From Octopus bimaculoides (lineage: Eukaryota): a DNA stretch of 64,000 nucleotides. Location: assembly GCF_001194135.2 (NCBI RefSeq), contig NC_068981.1:180613545-180677544 (forward strand), in the 5' to 3' direction. Below are positions 41,501 to 50,039 of this stretch, piece after piece; the stretch's first letter is position 1; every line of letters begins with the position of its first letter. The notes beneath the pieces are model-generated. The model did not search any database, was not told the origin of the DNA, and was given only the letters and a program-made list of their open reading frames with translations. The position numbers and the translations under genes were made by a program.

Positions 41501-44500
41501 TTCTGTTACATAGCTGACTATTAATGCTGGCGATGGTTCTGGTGAAAGGTTAGTAGCTACAATAATGAAGAAGTAGAAGAAATTTGGGGAACCATTGCTT
41601 CTCATCTTCATCATCATCATCATCGTTTAACGTCCACTTTCCATGCTAGCATGGGTTGGACGATTTGACTGAGGACTGGTGAACCGGATGGCTGCACCAG
41701 GCTCCAATCTGATCTGGCAGGGTTTCTACAGCTGGATGCCCTTCCTAACGCCAACCACTCTGAGAGTGTAGTGGGTGCTTTTACATGCCACCTGCACAAG
41801 GACTAGTCCAGCGGTACTGGCAACGACCTTGCTCAAATGGTTTCCTAACGTGCCACCGGCACAAGTGCCAGTAAGGCGATGCTTGACAATAAAACATGAC
41901 ATGCATAAGAAGTGATTTTGTATGATAGCAACACATTAGTACTGAATTTTTCCTGAAACTGGAGAGAAATAAGGTGTGTACTAGCTGCATAATCTTAGCC
42001 TGCATGAAAAACGGCAAAATTAAGCTGAGAAAATGGCTGGACATTAAAATCCTCAACCAAAGTGTACAGGAGTGATGACTGTACTTTTATAGTTGATGTG
42101 TTTTGAGTAGAAAAAAAGGTACCGTCTTCTCTTTTGTAGAAAACATTTGTAAAAGAGAAAAATGGATGACAAAGTGGTCGAATTAGATTCCAGGACATTG
42201 AGCCTTACAGAAGTAATGAAGAATTGACAAGATATTGGTGATATGGTCTAGGGCAGACCCATTTAACTTATGTTAGCGTGAGAGAAAAAAAACCCACTGA
42301 CATTAAAATGTTAATAATAATGTTTGATGAATGTTATTTTCAATTCTGGCCTACAGTCAACGACTCTAAATTTAGTAGCTCAACAAGAACCACCTACAGA
42401 TAATATGAACGAAGAGCCTGATGAAGGATCACAAGAGATGACAATAGATGAACAACAAGATGAGAATGACAACAATGTTGAGATTCCAGAAAGTGAGGAA
42501 GACCAAGACCAAGTTCAGACTCCAGGTAAAGTAGTCTCCTCTATTTTAATCAAGCAACCAACCAAGCTTCTGCCTCACCTTATTTAGTTATTTTCTTCCA
42601 AAACACTTTTCTGTCAATGTCAACAACTAACAATAAGTTACCCCTTTGAATTTGCAAGACAATTAAAATAAACAGGGAGTCAAAAGTGTGTTAAAAAAAT
42701 TTAATTTTAAATTTTTATTTGTAAACAAAAATTATAGCTGGCTTATACAGAAATTATATATGACTGACTGACTGCTACTGAAATTTTAGTTTCCTTATTG
42801 GACTGATAGAGCAGGATCATCATTATGGTTTCGCATCTGTGTTCCATGCTGGCATGGGGTTCTTCACCAAGATCCATCTACCTTGATGGCTGTATTGGTC
42901 TTCAGTCTCTGCTTTGGTAAGATTTCCACAGCTGGATCATCATCATCATCATTTAACGTCCGCTTTCCATGCTAGCATGGGTTGGACAATTTGACTGGGG
43001 ACTGATGAACCAGATGGCTACACCAAGCTCCAATCTGATCTGGCAGAGTTTCTACAGCTGGATGCCCTTCCTAACGCCAACCACTCCGAGAATGTAGTGG
43101 GTGCTTTTTACGTACCACCGGCATGAGGGCCAGTCAGGTGGTACTGGCAACAGCCACGCTCAAATGGTGTTTTTTTACATGCCACCTGCACAGGAGTCAG
43201 TCCAATGTTTTGCTCACATGCCACCAGCACAAGTGCCAGTAAGGCAAAGCTGGAAACGATCGCGCTCAAATGGTGCTTTTTACGTGCCACCAGCATGGAA
43301 GCGAGACTGCTGCTCTAGCAGTGATCCCACTCGGTTGGTGCTGTTAGCGCTCCACTGGCACAGGTGCCAGTCATCGAATTTGGTTCAGTGATTAATTCAT
43401 TGTCTGGACAAAATTCAATTAAGATTTCTTTGATGACCTTTTAATTTGACTATTACAATTTCTTCACTTAGCTCCCATTTTGCTTTTATTGTCATGAATT
43501 GATCCTTTCTTAGTCAGCAGTCATCTTAGCAACATGTGATGCTTCATATTCTGAGTTGACTTATTGATTTGATTCAATAAAATCAATCAAGCAGCAAGCT
43601 GTTTCATACCATATTTAATTCATGCCATTCCATTATCTTTGTTTTGTTTTTTTTTTTACCCGTATAGTATAAAGTCTATATATCAAGCCAGCAACAGAAC
43701 CTCTGCATGATCAAACATTATGTTAGAAATAGCAGCCAAGTCACACTCCAATCTCTTTTAAAAAAATAACATATATTGGATAGTATAGTCCCGGGTGTAC
43801 TGTAGATACAGAAAAAGACAGGATGGTTGTGATTGGAATACCTTTAATCACAGGTACCAAACAACTGCATCCCTTATATGTAAATTATACAACTTACCAA
43901 TTTTTTTAACATTCACTTTTCCATGCTTGCATAGATCAATCAAAATTTGTTGAAGCAGATTTTCTACACCCAAAAGGCCTTCCTGTTGTCAACCCTTGTA
44001 TGTTTCCAAGCAAGTTAATATTTACTCCCATGGCTAAACATGTTTTACTTGTATGATAGTGATGTTCACTTACAATCATATGATGTCAGGGACATAGGTA
44101 CACACATATAATAGGCTTCTTTCAGCTACCATCTTCCTAATCTTCTTCATAAGGCTTTGGGCGGTGTAGTATTATAATAAAAAACACTTATCAAAGGTGC
44201 CCTGCAGTGGGATTGAAACCAGAAAGTACATGGTTAGCAAGCAAGCTTCTTAACCACACAGACACTCTACCTATAAGTGAAAGTATAAAATATTACTTCA
44301 AAAGACTTAAACCACTAGTTTTCAATGACCACTACAGCAAAGTACAAATTAAAGTATCATAAATCTGATCTTGATTCTTATTACTATTTTAGTCTTTTAC
44401 TTCAGTGATTAAGTTAGTAGAGGTGTTGCAGTGTTTATGATAGGCTTTACTTTATGTAAAGAGAAACACCTATGCTGTTCACAGATTACAACAAAAGTAG

Positions 44501-46789
44501 AAACAAAAAATATATGAGAAAATCATTTCTATTTTTTCATCTTGTGTATTTGATAATCATAGAATCTGTGTTATATTGTATGCAGGATAACAAAATAAAT
44601 ATCTAAGACAGATAATCTATCATCCCTGAATAATACTGAAATGTTGGATTGCTATTTCTTAGAAGTTTAAGCATAACATTTAAATAGATTTAGTTGGATT
44701 TCTTTATTTATTGTGTTATTCATATATTTGAAAAATAATTTGTTTTACTTGAAATGTTATTGTCCAGAGACTTGTTGAGGAAGTCTGTAAACTATCAAAA
44801 TATGAATTTTGGTGGGGAGGGATAGATTACAAAATGCAGATCAGTTATACAACTTTACCCTGTATGTTCCTTTTTTAAAAAAAATGGATTTATCCTAATT
44901 TTTAGAAAACATTTCAAATAAGAAAAAAAGTCAAGTAGCTCTTGAGGACACAAGTGAAGAGGATTCTTATGCAGATTCTAATATTGACAACAATAACATG
45001 ACGGATAATCAAAGAAAATCCTCTACGGTTGATAATGAAAAGATGAGCGATGGTGTCAGTAATCAGGAATTAATTAAAAAATCAGAACAGGATGACAACG
45101 AAGAAGTTGATGTTAACAGCAATATTTCAACGGAAAAGCATGAACAATCAGATGAAGAGAAAATGATTAAAAGTGATGATAAAACAGATCACATAGAAAG
45201 CAACAAGAAACAAGATGTGAAAATTGTTGATGGCACTTCAGGTTACAATGATGGAGTGGCTCCAGTTATCACGTAAGGCTTTGTATGTACCTGTTAGCAC
45301 GCAAAATCCTAATGCTGAGTCACCAAGATCTTTTCCCTTTTTCCTCTAATACTATTAACCTTTGCATGAGTGCTAGTACTCATGTGATCTTCCTTTGTTC
45401 TTTCTGATTCTGACACCTCTAAACAGAAAACTTTGTTCGATCCTACTTACTAAAAGCTTTGCTTTGCTACAATCTTTAAAGTATCACTGGAACATTGAAC
45501 TGGTTGAGGTTTCTTTTTAGTGTAACCTAACTTCCTTGTTACATCTGCATTAACACTTGCTTGTTCTCTTCTGCTTAACTATTGCTAAATCTCAACTTGA
45601 TGTCATTATAACCCATTCCAGACACCCACAATATTTCTGAATGAAATCATCTTCTCTTATCAGTTGCAATTCCTCAAGATTTTGGTATCTAATTCCATCA
45701 CAATATTTCTGTTAGAAAGAAAATTCAAATATTGTGGGCTTCTCAAACTTCCTGCTGAAGTGAGATAGTTGTGTCATCATCACTTTTGGTTTTAAAAAAT
45801 CCCAACACAATTCACTAAAATTTTGACTAATATTGAAACCTCTTTTTAATAATTCTGCAGTATATTGACAAACCCTAACACTCAACTCCTACAGATTATT
45901 CTCTTTATTGGAAGCTAGTATTCAAAAACCAAAATATAATGCATAGATTTATTTTCTAATTAAGCTGATACTTTTACTTGCATTTTTTAAAAATATAACT
46001 ATTATCACTGACTAACTGAGAAGTAATCCTAATTGAACTGAAGAGATGTATAATTTTCTGTTGTTGTTTATTTTCCATCTTTATCTAATTTTTCAGTTTT
46101 TGAGAACACTTATAAATCTAAAACAAAATATGTTACTTTAACCCTTTTGTTACCATATTTCTGTTGAGATGTTCTGTATTTCTTTCAATTAATTTTAAAT
46201 ATAACAAAGAATTTAGTAAAATAACTTAGTTATCATTAAGCTAGTGTTAGGAACATAAATTGTGACTAAGATTTTGAAGATTTTGATTGAGAACTTTTGA
46301 AAACAAAACATTTGTACTACAGAGAATAATTCAGCAAACAATACAAGTCAAATAAACTTCTTTGTATTGATAGAGTTGACTCCCTATCCATTATTTCAAG
46401 TTTGTTGCCAAAGAGGCATTCATCAAACGGTACGGCAACAACAAAAACTTGAAGTAATGGAACAGTAGTAGACTCTTTGACAATAAAAAGAAACATATTT
46501 ACTACCTCTGTTGAGTACCCTTTACTTTGTTCATATTTACTACTAGCAAACATATATGCATGCTAGTTGTCTATGTAAGTGAAATATGCACAAAATAAAC
46601 ATCTCTGAAGAGACAACCATACTAAACAGTTATTTACTTGGCAGACTTACAACGAATACCAGTGAAGAGCTTTCAGCAGAAGACTCCTCCAGTACCACTT
46701 CTGCAGACAAGAGGCCCAGCAACTCTAGTTTGAAAACAACAGATTCTATGGAAGTAAGTGACAAAATTTACTTTTCCCTTTTTTTTACT

Positions 46790-46830
<41 letters not shown>

Positions 46831-46963
46831 CTCTTGCTAATAACACCACAACATTTCTACAATTTTTTTTTTTTGTTTGTAGGACATAAGGCCACAAGGA
46901 CCTCCCCCTTTATTTGGCTCTGATGATGATGATGACGATTACAATCGGGACCTGTTTGATTAA
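7175..46963 (+). CDS. FKBP15: FK506-binding protein 15 ortholog, 5'-incomplete, 22 coding exons, 2838 nt = 945 aa + stop
   Basis: Exons 7175-7318, 7798-7956, 8587-8709, 16586-16721, 17485-17576, 21357-21444, 22763-22884, 25138-25227, 25455-25549, 27213-27315, 30017-30188, 32866-33002, 34114-34197, 34752-34817, 35837-35989, 37577-37669, 39158-39304, 40318-40425, 42357-42525, 44906-45272, 46645-46753, 46883-46963. All are AG/GT-bounded with matching phases and no internal stop. FKBP15-type motifs recalled from the human protein: [86 protein letters not shown]. Confidence 0.93.
7798..7956 (+). CDS. FKBP15: FKBP15 exon (VKLSKSDD...[11 protein letters not shown])
   Basis: ttacag acceptor, gtaatt donor, phase 0/0, 53 codons. 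Confidence 0.92.
8043..8539. mobile_element. Tc1/mariner-type MITE (~500 bp)
   Basis: TIRs CACTGTGTAACA / TGTTGCACAGTG followed by TA; second copy 36411-36891. Confidence 0.75.
8587..8709 (+). CDS. FKBP15: FKBP15 exon ([22 protein letters not shown]...EDTL)
   Basis: ttccag acceptor, gtaagt donor, conserved ISRMA.MGQPMLP motif; absent from the ORF track. Confidence 0.95.
8742..8960. mobile_element. piggyBac-type MITE (~220 bp), degenerate copy
   Basis: Same internal sequence as the TTAA-flanked copy at 21054-21274, in the opposite orientation; partial copy at ~14960-15137. Confidence 0.7.
9590..9790 (+). mobile_element. RTE LINE 3' fragment
   Basis: [24 protein letters not shown]; related antisense fragment at ~28860-29105. 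Confidence 0.6.
10845..12900 (-). mobile_element. decayed RTE-clade LINE (RT and C-terminal part) with (GAT)n tail
   Basis: Antisense remnants such as [15 protein letters not shown] and REL..LVT...LQVK..VY; (cat)n tail at ~10845-10858. 5' boundary approximate. Confidence 0.65.
13225..14312. repeat. long inverted repeat: arms 13248-13615 and 13684-14312 (right arm interrupted by a SINE at 13835-14077)
   Basis: Arms are reverse complements over ~370 bp by eye; 18-bp direct repeat ATCCCTCCTCATTCCTAA at 13225-13242 and 13615-13632. Confidence 0.9.
16586..16721 (+). CDS. FKBP15: FKBP15 exon, Pro/Ser-rich linker (SAPSEANL...SVYSQ)
   Basis: ttgcag acceptor, gtaaat donor, phase 0/1. Confidence 0.8.
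17485..17576 (+). CDS. FKBP15: FKBP15 exon, Pro/Gln-rich ([30 protein letters not shown])
   Basis: tttcag acceptor, weak gttgtt donor; phase 1/0 exactly bridges the neighbouring exons. Confidence 0.7.
18540..18957 (+). mobile_element. modular (GAT)n-tailed RTE-partner SINE-like family
   Basis: Conserved ggttggcgttaggaagggcatccagctgtagaaac...ccatgctagcatggaa.gcggacgttaaacgatgatgat. Copies at 13835-14077 +, 19752-19953 +, 27788-28032 -, 28307-28603 -, 32338-32553 +, 33405-33985 +, 41606-41890 -, 42937-43388 -, 48305-48407 -, 49483-50019 +. Confidence 0.85.
20500..20830 (+). mobile_element. tRNA/CORE-like SINE
   Basis: A-box tggctcggtggttagagc, B-box gagttcgattccc, CORE-like ttgggcaagac...ttgctccagtt..ctcagctg..aaatg; second copy ~26590-26870. 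Confidence 0.7.
21054..21274. mobile_element. piggyBac-type MITE
   Basis: TTAA|CCCTTTA..GCATT ... AATGCTAAAGGG|TTAA; another copy 23089-23309. Confidence 0.85.
21357..21444 (+). CDS. FKBP15: FKBP15 exon ([10 protein letters not shown]...QHSYP)
   Basis: ttttag acceptor, gtaagt donor, phase 0/1. Confidence 0.8.
21648..22021 (+). mobile_element. full-length tRNA-derived SINE (third family) with 11-bp TSD
   Basis: A-box tggcccagtggttag, B-box ggtttcgattccc, TSD AGATAAGAGTG at 21637-21647 and 22022-22032. Confidence 0.85.
22763..22884 (+). CDS. FKBP15: FKBP15 exon ([40 protein letters not shown])
   Basis: ttctag acceptor, gtaagt donor, phase 1/0, conserved RQHNTE.R.AVSK motif. Confidence 0.93.
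24087..24247 (-). mobile_element. 3' end of R4/Dong-like (RLE) non-LTR retrotransposon in a (TAA)n tract
   Basis: Antisense translation [18 protein letters not shown], short 3' UTR, (AAT)n tail; (ATT)n on both sides. Confidence 0.65.
25138..25227 (+). CDS. FKBP15: FKBP15 exon (LDHSAQ...[10 protein letters not shown])
   Basis: tttcag acceptor, gtaaat donor, phase 0/0. Confidence 0.92.
25455..25549 (+). CDS. FKBP15: FKBP15 exon, coiled coil (ENERLKKE...LLQQNQ)
   Basis: ttaaag acceptor, gtaagt donor, phase 0/2. Confidence 0.92.
27213..27315 (+). CDS. FKBP15: FKBP15 exon ([14 protein letters not shown]...EKDK)
   Basis: tgtcag acceptor, gtaagt donor, phase 2/0. Confidence 0.92.
30017..30188 (+). 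CDS. FKBP15: FKBP15 exon ([10 protein letters not shown]...NKQVE)
   Basis: ccatag acceptor, gtaaaa donor, phase 0/1. Confidence 0.9.
31602..31710 (+). pseudogene. decayed duplicate of the FKBP15 30017 exon 5' half plus its upstream intron end
   Basis: tatgtgtc..taatttgataatttcttt..tctaatatccataaaccaagattgcaacagagttctgcagctgtaagaatcaaccatttataaacaag aligns to 29973-30118; acceptor AG changed to AA. Confidence 0.8.
32866..33002 (+). CDS. FKBP15: FKBP15 exon (NQEQLAEM...ESLEK)
   Basis: caacag acceptor, gtgagt donor, phase 1/0. Confidence 0.9.
34114..34197 (+). CDS. FKBP15: FKBP15 exon (NVTERKKK...KSQFE)
   Basis: tctcag acceptor, gtgagg donor, phase 0/0. Confidence 0.88.
34752..34817 (+). CDS. 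FKBP15: FKBP15 exon ([22 protein letters not shown])
   Basis: ttttag acceptor, gtaagt donor, phase 0/0. Confidence 0.85.
34870..35625 (-). mobile_element. 3' fragment of Poseidon/Neptune-type Penelope-like element with hammerhead-like motif
   Basis: [49 protein letters not shown] motif; antisense copy of 4543-5190. Confidence 0.85.
35837..35989 (+). CDS. FKBP15: FKBP15 exon ([10 protein letters not shown]...ELEDK)
   Basis: atttag acceptor, gttagt donor, phase 0/0, coiled-coil composition. Confidence 0.88.
37111..37381 (+). repeat. ~270-bp intronic direct duplication (partner 40928-41204)
   Basis: Near-identical over a unique ~60-bp flank plus the same truncated SINE junctions. Confidence 0.9.
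37577..37669 (+). CDS. FKBP15: FKBP15 exon (IANQKVV...LLGWKEK)
   Basis: tttcag acceptor, gtagtc donor, phase 0/0. Confidence 0.85.
38167..38400 (+). mobile_element. tRNA-derived SINE with Nin-like central domain, 16-bp TSD
   Basis: aaggcggcgagctggcagaa...gtcaactttgcctttcatcctttcggggtcgataaattaagtacc; TSD GGATGGTGT(G/A)C(C/T)CATG at 38151-38166 and 38401-38416; older copies ~19205-19430, 23560-23770, 23895-24080. Confidence 0.75.
39158..39304 (+). CDS. FKBP15: FKBP15 exon (YEKLRSQ...DVFTE)
   Basis: long poly-T tract + tttcag acceptor, gtaggt donor, phase 0/0. Confidence 0.88.
39810..40243 (+). mobile_element. mariner transposase 3' remnant
   Basis: [24 protein letters not shown] and [37 protein letters not shown]; 5' boundary approximate. 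Confidence 0.8.
40318..40425 (+). CDS. FKBP15: FKBP15 exon ([11 protein letters not shown]...LLHIIK)
   Basis: tttcag acceptor, gtaaat donor; conserved VKK.MN.V.QS...SY.G..VL...IK block. Confidence 0.92.
42357..42525 (+). CDS. FKBP15: FKBP15 exon ([10 protein letters not shown]...DQVQTP)
   Basis: ctacag acceptor, gtaaag donor, phase 0/1; TL.L motif then acidic tract. Confidence 0.88.
44906..45272 (+). CDS. FKBP15: FKBP15 exon, acidic low-complexity (ENISNKKK...GVAPVI)
   Basis: ttttag acceptor, gtaagg donor, phase 1/2, 367 nt open. Confidence 0.75.
46136..46320. mobile_element. probable second piggyBac-type MITE fragment
   Basis: ttaacccttttgttaccatatttctg terminus (TTAA|CCCTTT); the other end is not clearly recovered. 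Confidence 0.45.
46645..46753 (+). CDS. FKBP15: FKBP15 exon (LTTNTSEE...TDSME)
   Basis: tggcag acceptor, gtaagt donor, phase 2/0. Confidence 0.8.
46883..46963 (+). CDS. FKBP15: FKBP15 last coding exon [26 protein letters not shown]
   Basis: poly-T + ttgtag acceptor, TAA stop at 46961-46963, acidic PLFG-D(n) tail. Confidence 0.93.
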   Translation, partial: DIRPQGPPPLFGSDDDDDDYNRDLFD

Positions 46964-47006
46964 CTTTCTGATCATTGTTACAGCAATACAATAGTGATAT
47001 CTTTTT

Positions 47007-47046
<40 letters not shown>

Positions 47047-48219
47047 ATGATTTGATATGTAATATTACAATTAAAGTATTTCTAATCAAAGTTTTTACAG
47101 GGTTATTTTTTCTATCTTCTGTGAATTTGAAATGGAGACCAATGCATATGTTGGAAAATACTAGAAAAACAGACCTTCCTATATAAGAAAGTAGAGAAAG
47201 TTTGGGTAAAAGAATAATATGTAAAACCACCATTTTCATATTCCTTGTGTAAAACCATTGATTTTCTTTTCAGTTTAACAAACTAAATTTTAGTGTTGAT
47301 AGTATTATTGTTAGAGGATTTAACTGACACAAATCTGTTATAATCAAGATAACAAAGTGCTAAGTAAAAGTCAGTAAGTTATGTATTGGTATAGAAAGTG
47401 CATTCACGGAGAAACGTGTGTGTGTGTGTGTGTAGATATATTAGTTAGGAAAGGCATCCAGCTGTAGAAACCATGCCAAAGCAGACAGAACTTGCAGTCT
47501 TCTGACTTGCTGGTTCCTGTCAAACTATCCAGCCCATGCTAACATGGAAGACGGATATTAAATGATGATGAGGAGGGGGAGGATCATCATCATCATCATC
47601 ATCATCATCATTTAATCTCCATTGTCCATGTTAGCATTAGTTGGACGATTTGGTCAGGGCTGACCAGCTGGAAGGCTACACCAGACACTAGTCTGATTTG
47701 GCATGGTTTCTACGGCTGGATGCTCTTCCTAATGCCAACCACTCTGTGAGTGTAATTGGTGCTTTTACATGGCACTGGTACCATTTGCATGACACCAGTA
47801 TCTGCCACGACTACAATTTTACTTGGTTTGATGGGGATACATATATATGCAGTTAAGTCTATGTCCAGTCATGGTAACGAATGGTTTTTGCATCCATAAA
47901 ATTTCAAATTTTATTTAATTTGCTTTGCAGGAAGGACTGTTCCGACGAAGTTGTGTATTGTCCTTGCCTTCAAAACGCGGAGTAGATGGAACAGGGACAA
48001 CTGATGAAAGGATATACTCTTTATGTTGCATGTCACATTTCTCTGTTTGTTTTTTTCGTTGTTCGAAAAAAGTTCGTTTTCTGTTTTCATTTTTCTGTTT
48101 TCGTTTCTCACTGTTTAACGTTTTTTTGATGTCCTGTACCCATATATGCATGTATGTATACATATAGATGTAGGCATGTACATATATGTATGGATATATG
48201 CATATATTATTTATATTAT

Positions 48220-48254
<35 letters not shown>

Positions 48255-48854
48255 GTCCAAGTTTATGCCCAGTCATGGTGACGAATGGTTTTTCATCCAT
48301 ATATATCATCATCATCATCATCATCGTTTAACGTCCGCTTTCCATGCTAGCATGGGTTGGACGATTTGACTGAGGACTGGTGCAACCGGATGGCTACACC
48401 AGGCTCCATATATGGTGACTCTCCTGTTGTAGATGACAGTAAATGGTTCTGCAATTTCTTAAAGAACACCTGACACAGATTTGTTTATTGTGATCAAATG
48501 TTTGTGCTGCAAATTATTGAACTCCCTCTACCAAATCAACATTAGCCTGTACGGGGGCATGGTTTACCTCACACCAGATGTCAAAGTGATCACAGAGCAA
48601 CATAGAACAAAATATTTTGCTTAAGAACACAAGGCAGCAGCCAGTCCAGAAATTGAAACCATGATCTCATAATCGTGAATGCAACCTCCTAACCACTAGG
48701 TCACACATTAATATTGTGTTCATATTAGTGACACAACATGAATATACACTCTTGATATGTAGTAACAAGTTTGAAACAGGAATTAGATAAGTCTGGTATC
48801 ATTTACGTCAATTATTATTATTATCTTTTTCACTATATGAAAAGAACAATAAAT

Positions 48855-49404
48855 GAGGGAAAAACTCGGATCTTGTGAATTTTCTGAAGTCCTCTCCCCA
48901 CCCCCTTAGAAAAGATTTTACCTACAAACTTCTTCATAATCATAATGTATGCCATTTGAAAGGTATTTATATAAAATTTCATTGAAAAAGCCCCATTTTC
49001 CTAAAAGTTATGAGGAAAAAACACAGATCTTGTTCCATATTCGTTTCCTACACATTTTTTTACATCTGTTGCACTATTTTTTCTGATGTTTGAACAAATA
49101 TATAGTGCGTGTGTTTATTTGGCAAAAAATGGATCATCCCAAAATACAACAATATATGTGTGTGTGTTTGTCCCACCCACCATCACTGCTTCAGAAAAGG
49201 TGTTGGTGTTTACGTCCCTAGAGACTGATAGAATAAGTATTGATACTAGGCTTTAAAAAATAAGCCCTGGCGTGGATTTATTTGAATAAGGTACTTCATG
49301 ACTCTTTACTGAAACACACATGATATACATAGATATAATTATAGATTTATATAGATTGTAATAATCAAATAAGCAGCCGTGCTTCAAGAGAAAACAGCTT
49401 ATCA
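48855..49404 (+). repeat. segment duplicated at 58080-58426 + 59900-59910 + 61030-61268 (+) and 53423-53670 (-)
   Basis: Shared gagggaaaaactcggatcttgtgaattttc...ggatcatccc.aaataca block, and shared internally deleted SINE + gtattgatactaggctt...aaaacagc block. Confidence 0.85.
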
Positions 49405-50039
49405 TCATGTGTGTGTGTGTGTATATATATTTATATAGCCAGCTCACTAATCCGTATCTTTACCTCATTGGACACTAAAAACCCTGCTTGCGAAGACCTG
49501 TTGAGGCTAGTGAATTTGGAATTTGAAATTTGAATCTGAAATCGAAATCGAACTGAATCCGATGACTGGTCACCGCGCCAGTGGAGCACTAACAGCACTG
49601 TCGAGCATGTTTATTGCCAGAGCAGCTGTCTGGCTTCTGTGCTAGTGGCCCATAAATAGCACCATTAGAGCATAATCCTTACCAGCGTTGCCTTCTAGCA
49701 CTTGTGCTGGTGGCACGTTAGAAAATCATTCGAGTGAGGTTGTTGCCAGTGCCGCTGGATTGGCTCCCGTGCAGGTGGCACGTAAAAAACACCTTTTGAG
49801 CATGGGCGTTGCCAGTACCGTGTGACTGGCCCTTGTGCCGGTGGCATGTAAAAACACCCACTAGACTCTCGGTGTGGTTGGCATTAGGAAGGGCATCCAG
49901 CTGTAGAAACTCTGCCAGATCAGATTGGAGCCTGGTGCAGCCTTCTGGCTTGCCAGTCCTCAGTCAAATCATCCAACCCATGCTAGCATGGAAAGCGGAC
50001 GTTAAACGATGATGATGATATATGTATATAATAATGATA

